A stretch of 64,000 nt of DNA from Octopus vulgaris (Eukaryota). Numbering within the stretch: the stretch's first letter is position 1; each line of letters opens with the position of its first letter. Location: positions 46,314,001 through 46,378,000 of the forward strand of contig OX597837.1 in the NCBI GenBank assembly GCA_951406725.2, written 5' to 3'. Shown one piece after another: positions 53,896-64,000 of the stretch. The position numbers were made by a program, and so were the translations under genes. The notes below the pieces were generated by a model, which saw only the letters and a program-made list of their open reading frames with translations, did no database searches and was not told where the DNA came from.

Positions 53896-55051
53896 AAGAT
53901 ATATTTTGAGAAATAGTAATGAATAATGATGTCATACAAGAACAAAAGAGAAAGTGAGATCACCTGATGGAGACAGAGATTTCTCTTTGATATAATGAAG
54001 GTAACATTCAATACTATACGGTTGCACCATTGCTACTTTTCACCTGCCTGGACTGTGCTCTTCACACTTCAATTGACAAAATCAAATTAAAGAATTTGGC
54101 TTCAACCTAACACAATCCACCTCAACTTGTCATTCAAGGCACTGCAAGCAGACACTGAAACCAATTTTACAAATGTATCGTAGAATAATTTTGTTACCTT
54201 TCATCCACAAACTGGTCAAGTGGTTAGGGTATTACATTTGCAATCACAAGGTTGTGGGTTTGATTCCAGGACTGAGTGGTACATTGCATTTTTGAGGGAA
54301 ACACTTCATTTCGTGTTACTCGAGTTCACTCAGCTAGAAATGAGTAACCCTATCTCCATGGAAACCAGGTAACTGGCCCCGTGAGTTCTCGGACTTGAGA
54401 TTTCTTTACATCAACAAGCTGTGGAAGAATCTCTTCCCATCTGACAAATGAGCAACACACTGAGTTCTAAGGGAATCTGAAGCAATTATTGAGAAGCACA
54501 ACCAATTGAAGAATGGCCCTTATTTAAAACGAACCAAAGGAATAACATGCGGATTGTGCTGATTCTCCTCTGCTACCCACCTTCTACCCTCTTTCTATCT
54601 TTCATACACTTCCTTTCTTCACTTTCTTGGTTACCATTCTCTCTACTAGTCACCATCCTAGTCACAAAAGCCTTGAACAAACAGAGACAACATTGGGTAG
54701 AGAGGAATCTCTAGTTTTGCAAGCGATAGGGCAACCTCTTTAATGCTGGTGCCATGTAAAAGAGCACTCAGTACACTCTGTAAAACGGTCAGCAAACAAA
54801 GAGAGACAACATAGAGGGAAAGGAAATGGCAGACTGCCTGGAACTGGTTCCTTGATAAAATGTACCCAGTAGCACTCTGTACTTTGGCCAATGCCAGGAA
54901 TGTCAACCAGACATAGGAACCATTCCAAAAATGGAACGTATGACCAAGACATAGTCCGATCCATGTAAGAAGGCAGCGATTCCAATTAAGAATTGTTTGG
55001 CTACGGATGCAGAGTCCAGTGTGTGCCAGCATGGAAAGAAAACGGAAAATG

Positions 55052-55121
<70 letters not shown>

Positions 55122-57069
55122 GAGAGAGACAGACAGACAGATGTATGTATGTATGTATGTGTGTGTATATGTATACACACACACACACACACACAGCTAC
55201 ATATATAGATACCCAGGCATCTTTATTACTTGAATCTACAGACACAGAACTGCATCTTCACCAGCAAAACTACTACAATAACATCTCTGATACCATCTCT
55301 TCACCATCACAACCATTTTAATCATCTCCACTACTGCCACAGCCACCACTATCACCACCATCACCACAAATACAATCATTTCTGCCACCACTATCACCAG
55401 TACAATCAACTCCAACATCATTACCTCTACTACCACCTCCAATTACCATCACAACCACTAATACTTCCACCAACACTACAGCTCCTATCATAACCACAAC
55501 CACCACCACCAACATTCCCTGTATCTACAATCTTCAGACATTGTCAGGGAATGTGCAGGCCGTTTGAGACCTCATCTTAATGAGAGTGTATGTAATTAAT
55601 GACTAATTAATAAAGCAAAGTTAGCAGAAGGGAGTGATATTATGGAGGGTAGTATCGCAGGTGGGGTCAGACAAGTTCATTGTCAATTACAGGTGAGAAT
55701 GGCAGAGTTGGAACGGTAAGACAAAATGTCAAAACCAGAATTAAATAGATTTATGTGTGTTTTTGGTGTGTGTGTTGCACCTTGCATGTGTAAGTATGCT
55801 ATCATTTATGTGTGCATGTGTGTGTGTGTGTGGTTCCTTGTGTTTGTGTGAATGTATGTGTGTAAGCATATATTATGGTTCACCTGGTATATGTGTTTGT
55901 GTGTGCATGTATGTTATCCTTTATATGCGTATGTGTTGCTCCTTATATTTCTGTGTATGTGTATGTATGCATGCGCGTGTTACACTTTTTGTGTGTATTT
56001 TTTTGCGTGAAGAGTGTGTGTGTGTGTGTTGTATGTGTGTGTGTTGTTATGTGTGTGTATTGTATGTGTGTGTTGTTATGTGTGTGTGTGTGTGAGGTGG
56101 AGCAGAGTTGATGAGTCTGATTGATTAGGTAAATCAATCAGACATGAAATTTGATTAATGAGCATAGATTATTATTGGAGTTGTAGTGTGGTGGAGGAGG
56201 AAGAAGAAGACGAAGGAGAAGAAGGAGGAGGAGGAGGTGTTGTTGTTGTTATTATTATTATTTAAATATATCATAATGAATGACTTGGCAGAATTGTTGA
56301 ATGTTGGACAAAGAGCTTTGTGGTATTTCTTCCAGCTCAGCTTTAGCTTTCATCCTTCTGGAATCAATAACATAAAGTACCAGTTATATACTATTCCTTC
56401 TTTCCTTAAAATTGCTGGCCTTGTGCCTATGTTAGAAATTATTACAGTGTTACCTCGCAGTACGAGCTTGTTTTACAATTTACTCATTTTACAAATCAAT
56501 TTTCCCCACTGAAATTAGTTACAAATATTGTAATCCATTCCAGCCCCACAAAACCACCCAAAAATGATTTTTTATGGGTTTTAAAATAGAAATGGTGTAG
56601 TTACAAGTAAAAGCACCATTCAAATGCTTGAATGGCGCTTTTTATGTGCCACCAGCATGGGTGCCAGTCAGGCAGCACTGGCATCAGCCATGCTCAAATG
56701 GTGCTCTTTACGTGCCACTGACACAGGTGCCAACCAAGCAGCACTGTCATTGGCCACGACTACAATTACCATGTTTTCACTAATTATTTCAGGTGCCTGT
56801 GTGGCTGTGACCAGAGGGTTAGACCAGCACTTGGCTTGTATTCATTTTCAGCTGATTAGATTAGAGCAACATGAAATGAAGTGCCTTGTTCAAGGACACT
56901 GGTCTAGGAATTGAACCCACAACTTTATGATCAGGAGCTGAACACCTTAACCACTAGGTCATACAATGTCAACTATTGCCCCAGGGAACAATAACTTAAA
57001 GAACACTCATCAATACCTGCCACCGAAACAGTTTTGTACTCTCTCAGCCTCTTTTCAGTTATCATTATC

Positions 57070-57149
57070 AACTACTACTACTGCCACTACTACTACTACT
57101 ACTACTACTGCCACTACTACTGCCACTACTACTACTACTGCCACTACTA

Positions 57150-57184
<35 letters not shown>

Positions 57185-57197
57185 GCCACTACTACTG

Positions 57198-57243
<46 letters not shown>
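57070..57243. repeat. (CTA)n microsatellite with periodic GCC interruptions
   Basis: Direct reading. Confidence 0.97.
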
Positions 57244-57699
57244 ACACACATATATATAATGGGCATCTTTCAGATTCCAGCAACCAAATCCACAAGACAC
57301 TTGCCCAAAGTGGCATGCAGTGGGACTGAACCCGGAACCACGTGATTGGGAAGCAAACTTACCACACAGCCACACCTGTGCCTACATATCTGCATATTAA
57401 TTTCTTTTTTACCTTTTTATTTTAAAATTTATTTTAAATTTATGAAAAAGACATTACAATTCTACAACAAAAAGCAAAAAAGTAAAATTTTTAAAACTGA
57501 CAAAATTCATAAATATTTCATTAATCCACCCTGCTTCTTCCTAGCTCCAAGGCACCTCACTGTCATGTCGGTGAGGATAATAAGAGTGTGTGCATGAATT
57601 TGCCAATTAATTAGATGTTGGCTTGAATAAATTAAAAAACAAAAACTAAAAACAAAAAAAATCTTTATTGTATGAATGCCATGCTGTTGCTGCTTGTTT

Positions 57700-58090
57700 G
57701 TTTGTTGAGCGAAACGGTCTTCGTCCCAGAGCTCGCAAGATCGCGCCTTTGTAGTGGGAGAAGTCCGAAACGTGGTCCTTCGCTATTCGTAAGACTCGCA
57801 GAAGAGATAGCAGGTCAACCCCCAACACTGAGAGCATCGACGGATGGATGAATGCGCATCCAGGCTCAGCGGTTGTGTAGGAAGTCGGGGACAAGAAACA
57901 GGAAGAAAGAGTGAGAGAAAGTTGGAGCAAAAGAGTACAACAGGGGTCGCTACCACCCCCTGCCGGAGCCTCATGGAGTTTCAGGTGTTTTCACTCTATA
58001 AACACACACAACACCCGGTCTGGGAATCGAAACCACAATCCTCCGACCGCGAGTCCTCTGCCCTAACCACTGGGCCATTGCAGCTCCACT
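57700..58090 (-). mobile_element. tRNA-derived SINE family D, young copy
   Basis: CpG-rich reverse complement of 62501-62885. Confidence 0.85.
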
Positions 58091-58243
58091 GCTGCTTTTG
58101 TAATTATTGTTGTTGTTATTGAGTTTATATTTTTGCAATTGTTGCAGTCGTTTAGACCCAGATAATCTCTGGTATAGCAGAAAAGCCAACCAGAAAAGCT
58201 GCCCCAGTTATCTTTTATTCACACACAGTATTTATCTCCATAA

Positions 58244-58475
58244 GGTGCCAAGCTGGCAGAAACGTTAGCATGCCGGGTGAAATGCTTAGCGGTATTTTGT
58301 CTGCCGCTACGTTCTGAGTTCAAATTCCACCAAGGTCAACTTTGCCTTTTATCCTTTCGTGGTTGATTAAATAAGTACCAGTTACGCACTGGGGTCGATA
58401 TAATCAACTTAATCTGTTTGTTTGTCCTTGTATGACCCCTCTGTGTGTAGCCCCTTGTTGGTAGTAAAGAAATAG
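58244..58475 (+). mobile_element. SINE family B copy with 13-bp target site duplication
   Basis: gtatttatctcca at 58228-58240 and 58476-58488. Confidence 0.85.
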
Positions 58476-59107
58476 GTATTTATCTCCAACTACATCTTAT
58501 GCGGCAGAGATGCTCTCTCTTTGGTTAGCTGTAAAAATTTGCTGTTCAACCCCAAATCGTTTCAGACTAAGTAGATATATGATCAAAGATTCCAGACATG
58601 ACCATCCTGTCATTATTTTCTCCATTTTGAGGCAGTGACCTGGAAGAATCATTAGCATTTTCGGCAAAATGCTTCGTGGCATTTCGTCAATCTTTACATT
58701 CTGAGTTCATTCCACCAAGGTTGACTTTGTCCTTCATCCTTTAGGGATTACTAAAATAAGTACTAGCTGAGCCCTGGGGTTGACTTACCCCTCTTCTGAA
58801 CTGATTCCTATTTTACTCAGATGGACCCTCAGAACCATCTAATATCTAAAACAATTTATTATATTATAAACAAATATTATTAGGAATTGTATAAAAAAAA
58901 GTAAAAACAAATCAACCCTAGGACGTTTTTTAAAGCTTGGTATAAATTCTATTGATCCTTTTTGCTGAACTGCTAATTTATGGGGATGTAAACACACCAA
59001 CACTGGTTGTCAAGTGATGGGGGTGGGGAACAAGCATAGACACAAAGACACACACACACATAGACATATATACATATACAGTTAGAATTTACACATACAT
59101 ACTTTAT

Positions 59108-59222
59108 AATTAAAGCTGCAAAAACATTGCAAAAATATCACAAAACTCTGCTACTCAGAGTTTCATGTTCCTATTCATTGGGCTGTTATGATATTTTTGT
59201 GATGTTTTTGCAGTTTCACTAA
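59108..59222 (-). mobile_element. Older copy of the same hammerhead-like palindromic family
   Basis: ctgctactcagagtttcatgttcctattcattgg matches the 31990-32020 arm; flanks form an inverted repeat. Confidence 0.6.
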
Positions 59223-59489
59223 AGAGGCATTGATTAGCCTATGGCTATTGTATGGCTATGGCTATTGAAGACACTTGCCCAAGGTCCCATGCAGTGTGAC
59301 TGAACACGAAATCACGTGGTTGCAAAGCAAGCTTCTTGACCAGATGGATGGTCATGATTGGAATGCCTTTGATAACAAGTCTGCTCAATCAGAGTTGACC
59401 TGAGGCAAATCGGCAGCGGAAAAACAAGGAAGGACTCCATCAAAACTTCGGTCTTTGACTGACAACTTCCAGTTATTATTGCTGCAGAC

Positions 59490-59815
59490 GCTGGTGATGA
59501 TGATGGTAATAATGAGAATGGTGGTGGTGGTGAAGATGAAGGTGGTGGTGAGGATTGTGATGATGATGATGAAGGTGGTGATGAAGGTGGTGATGATGAT
59601 GATGGTGACGATGGTGTTAGTGATGAAGATGATGGTGACGATGGTGTTAGTGATGAAGATGATGATGATGGTGTTGAAGATGATGAAGATGACGGTAATA
59701 ACGATGATGGTGGTGGTGAGGATGGTGATGATGATGGTGACAGTGACGATGTAGGTGGTGATGATGATGGTGACGATGGTGTTAGTGATGATGATGATGA
59801 TGTGATGCTGATGGT
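59490..59815. repeat. (GAT/GGT)n low-complexity tract
   Basis: Direct reading, with repeated gatggtgacgatggtgttagtgatga subunit. Confidence 0.95.
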
Positions 59816-60301
59816 GCTGCTGTTGACGACAAGCTTGTTTGTTAAACAGAGACGGTCCAGCTTCTTACAATGACAAACGATTGCCATTGTATCATCAAAG
59901 CAGAACAAAGGGACTGATAAATTGGTTGCCATTATACATACATAAACATACATACACATACATACATATATATACACAACACCGATTGATTATTCCAGTG
60001 GAATCACAGAACATCAGGAATCACAGACCAGACACAGAGTGGTCAATTAATGACCACAACAGCAGCAACAGCAGCTCCACTGCTGACCACAATATTTGAT
60101 TGTTCTATTGTTTGTGGAATTAATCTGGCTGTTGTACAGGTGTGTGGGAGTATGAGTAGGGGGAGGTAAGAGGGAGGGAGGGAGAGAGAGAGTGTATGAG
60201 TGGGTGGGTGCGTGGGTGGTTAAGTGTGTGTAGGTCTTCAAAGGTTTCTACTATTAAATTTCCTGTTTCAAGATGCTTCCTCAATTTCTGCCCTCTATAA
60301 A

Positions 60302-60332
<31 letters not shown>

Positions 60333-60519
60333 TGCGTGTGTATGTTTGTGTGTGTGTGTGTGTGCATGTAAACTATATATACATATATATATTATATATA
60401 TATAAATAATATAAGGGTAAATAATTATTAATTTCAAAATCAACAATTATTTCTGGGTAGATTTCGGTATCGAAATATAACCATTATCGGTAGGAACCTT
60501 TTTAAAAAGTTATATATAT

Positions 60520-61470
60520 ATGAGACAGTATCAAAAAGTCCCCATACTGGTTATGTTTAATAAAAAACTAACATATTTACCTAAGTTTTAATATAATCTT
60601 CTTTGAAATAATGGTCTTGTGCAGCAATCCACCAGTCTCAGCATTGCTGCCACTTTTGGAATCCAGCCTGGAAGTTGTTTTCTGTAAGTTGAGGAGTTTC
60701 TATGATTCGCTCTGGATCTCAACAACAGAGTTAAAATGGCAACCTTTGGGCTGTCTCTTCATCTTCGGGAAAAGACAGAAGTCCATAGATGCTGAATCTG
60801 GGAAATAGGGTGGTTGCGTTAGTGATACCATATTGTTCTGGGCAAGAAACTCTGGAGTGTGGAGAGCTCGGTGTCAGGGGTCATTGTCATCGTGAAGAAT
60901 CCGATTCTTTGTGCTCCATAGACCCAGTTGCTTTCACCAAATGTCCTCCCTCAAACGCTTCAAAATGTTGCAGTAGAACTCTCAATTGACAGTCTGGCCC
61001 CAGGGGGATGCATTCATGATGCACAATACCATGGATGTTGAAAAAAACGATGAGCATGCTCTTGATTGAGCTGTGGCTCTGTTGTGCCTTCTTTGGTCAT
61101 GAAGATGTGACGATTGCTGCTTTGTCTCAGGGTCGTACCTGTAGACCCGACTCTCATCACCGGTGATGATCCTTGACATGAAGGACGGGTCATCAGCAGC
61201 ATGCTGACGGAGATCTTGACAGACTTTGACATGATGTTCTGTCTGCTCAGTGGTCAGCAGACGGGGGACAGACTTGGCAGAGACACACCGTATGTTCAAT
61301 TCAGATGTTAGAATTACCTGCATGGACCCAATTGACAGACCAACAATATCGGCAACGTTGTTGATTATCCTCTGACGATCCTCATGCACAAACTGATGAA
61401 TTTTCTCCACATATCTCCAGGGGTGACATTCATGGAAGATCTTCTAGATCGTTCATCGTTTTCCAAGGAC
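60520..61470 (-). mobile_element. Mariner transposase pseudogene fragment
   Basis: ORF 60982-61410: VHEDRQRIINNVADIVGLSIGSMQVILTSELNIRCVSAKSVPRLLT...FMSRIITGDESRVYRYDPETKQQS (WVPR and TGDE motifs); TIR-like end near 60520. Confidence 0.9.
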
Positions 61471-61554
61471 CTTCTTCAAAACAAAGTAATCTGTGTCCAG
61501 AGAGAATTTTAGCAGTTGTACTCTAGCATCATAACTCTACTCACTCCTATACTA

Positions 61555-61777
61555 CAAGGGGGTACTGAAAAGTTTCTGGCTTTAAGGGTATCGTAAAAGG
61601 CCTGATTGGGGAGGGGGTCTACCTTCAGAGTTCTATGACAGCACTTAGAAAAGCTGAAGGACTGCTGCAATAAGTGTATGGATCTGAGAAGGGGAATATG
61701 TTGAATAAAATCATAATTAACTGATCCTCCTGAACTTCCTTTTACCCAAAGCCAGGAACTTTTCAGCCTCCCCCTTG
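61555..61777. mobile_element. Mariner-derived MITE
   Basis: ~30-bp TIRs caaggggggtactgaaaagtttctggcttt / aaagccaggaacttttcagcctcccccttg with TA on both sides. Confidence 0.85.
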
Positions 61778-62500
61778 TATCCCTGTGGGCCCCTCCTCTC
61801 TTCTACATTATTCTTTACATAACATAGTGTGTGCTGCCCAGTCATTTTAAATATGTGGCATGTCTTCACTGCAGCTGTCTTTTACTTTTGTCTAGATGCA
61901 CCCAGTTTTCAATAAAACCATTTTGATAACACTGGTGTATATGTGTGTGTGTGTATGCATAAGTGTGTGCACATGCGCACATGTGTGTGTGTGTATTTGA
62001 CTGCATATGTATATGCATCAGTTTGTGTCAGATTGAGTCTGCCTGCATCTGCCTCGGTACCTTTGTGGTGCATGATTGCATGAGTTTGGTTGTGTCTAAG
62101 TAAATGGTTGCATTTACAAAATTGAAGAAGAAGTGCTCAATACACTGCACGCATGTGTGTATGTGTGTGAGCACATGAATGCATGCGTATGTGTTGCTTG
62201 TTGACACTGAAATTTCAAAGTTACTAACACCGATTTCATGTCCTTGATCTTTGGGATAACTGTTTCAAAACCACAGATATAAATCATCAAACAATGTAGT
62301 ACTGGTTGTAGCATATGACCGACCAGAATGTTACTGTCAAAGAGACATCAATATTGTCCAGTGGCAATATTCAACATAAAACAGACAGTAATATTCTGAC
62401 CAGTTACATACTGTAACCAGTAAAATGTTAGACAATATATTGATATTGAATGTGCTTTTGTTTCTGACTCATGGACATTTCACACACACACACATCAGTA

Positions 62501-62885
62501 GTGGAGGCGCAATGGCCCAATGGTTAGGGCAGCGGACTTGTGGTTGGAGGATCGCGGTTTTGATTCCCAGACCGGGTGTTGTGTGTGTTTATTGAGCGAA
62601 AACACCTAAAGCTCCACGAGGCTCCGGCAGGGGGTGATGGTGACCCCTGTTGTACTCTTTCGCCCCAACTTTCTCTCACTCTTTCTTCCTGTTTCTTGTC
62701 CCCAACTTCCTACGCAACTGCTGAGCCTGGATGCGCATTCAGCCATCCGTCGATGCTCTCGGTGTTGGGGGTTGACCTGCTTTCTCTTCTGTGGGTCTTA
62801 CAAATAGCAAAGGACCACGTTTCGGATTTCTCCCATCTTGCAAGCTTTGGGACGAAGACTGTTCGCTCAACAGCAACAGCAGCAG
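62501..62885 (+). mobile_element. tRNA-derived SINE family D
   Basis: gtggaggcgcaatggcccaatggttagggcagcggac...gattccc head; highly similar inverted copy at 57700-58090. Confidence 0.85.
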
Positions 62886-62924
62886 TAATGATTGTCGGTC
62901 TTGACAGGGTAGAAAGTCATTGTA

Positions 62925-63200
62925 CAGCAATATCTCACTTTATGAGGACCCACATTATGAGAACCCGGGTTTGTGAGTTTTATTTTTTAAAGCACAAGGT
63001 CCAAATTTTCAATGAAGTGTGAAAGCTTCTACTACCCTAACAAATACTTCTGAGCGTTACCAAGAAATTTATAGAGAACAAAAAAGTTCTTCTTCGAAGC
63101 AAACAACTCTAGACTTGTTTTCTAAAAAGCAATCTACAAGTCTGTCTATGAGTGCTTGTGAATCGGTAATTGTGTCTACAAGTGATGGTGTGTGTGTGAG
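62925..63200 (+). mobile_element. Tigger/pogo-type transposon remnant
   Basis: Starts ta-cagcaatatctcac; ERYQEIYREQKSSSSKQTTLDLFSKK resembles the Tigger transposase C-terminal motif. Confidence 0.5.
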
Positions 63201-63257
63201 TCGAGTGCAAGTGAAAGTGATTCAGAAAACGATTATAATATTTAATATAGACGTTAA

Positions 63258-63292
<35 letters not shown>

Positions 63293-64000
63293 CAGCAATA
63301 GCAGCAATATCAAGACTACCAACAACAACAATGGCAATATCAGTACCATCACTATCATCATCATCACCACCACCACCAACAACAACAGAGACAACAGCAA
63401 TAAAAGAACAACTACCAACAACAATAGTAATAAAATGACACTAGCAGTAGTAGCAACAACAATAACAACAGCGTTAGTACAACACCACCACCACCACTAC
63501 CACAAACAACATCAATAATAACAGCAACAAAGCCAATACTATAACTAACAATAGCAGCAGCAACAACAACAACAAAAATACATCAACAAAACTAATCAAA
63601 TAAAATGTAACTGAATCTATAATGATATCAATCTATTGAACTAAACTGATGTTTAACTAGCTTTGTAACCATGGCAACACAATCATTTTTATATTTCTAT
63701 TTGTATATTCTTTTCATATCAACTGATGTTGATATGTTTAACCACAGGTCAGCCTTGATAGTGTCAGCCTATGAGCAAAGGCATTTCAGCTGTGACCATC
63801 CAGTCTTTTCTTTTCATAGTTTATCTGGATCATTACCAGCGTCGCCTTACTGGCACCTGTGCCGCTGGCATGTGTAAAAAGATTCGAGCGAGGTCATTGC
63901 CAGTACCACCTGACTGGCCCCCGTGCCGGTGGCACATAAAAAGCACCCACTACACCGTCGGAGTGGTTGGCATTAGGAAGGGCATCCAGCTGTAGAAACT

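Noticed and set aside
62501-62575. Possible tRNA gene (also other A/B-box heads)
   Set aside because: Continues directly into a SINE body present in multiple copies.

Overview
Eukaryotic, AT-rich, microsatellite- and SINE-saturated DNA whose repeat families look like an octopus (cephalopod) genome; this is inferred from repeat recognition, not a search. The only solid protein-coding gene is a minus-strand RAD52. Nine GT-AG exons between 51026 and 10617 splice into one open frame of 1320 nt (439 aa + stop), covering the Rad52/Rad22 domain from 'LAYIEGW' onward, an RQK motif and a basic C-terminus. The first two coding exons were not found in the window. Almost all supplied ORFs are artefacts of simple repeats. 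The rest is tRNA-derived SINEs, decayed LINEs (RTE, R4/Dong-type, Penelope-like), Tc1/mariner, hAT and TTAA MITEs, and a Helentron-type dimer. The most interesting signal is a set of hammerhead-ribozyme-like folds in three unrelated repeat families: a palindromic double hammerhead with an apparent CCGAYGA core variant, a permuted (type II-like) fold with covarying stems in an inverted pair, and a type I fold with a long stem II. All structures were folded by eye, and repeat boundaries are approximate.
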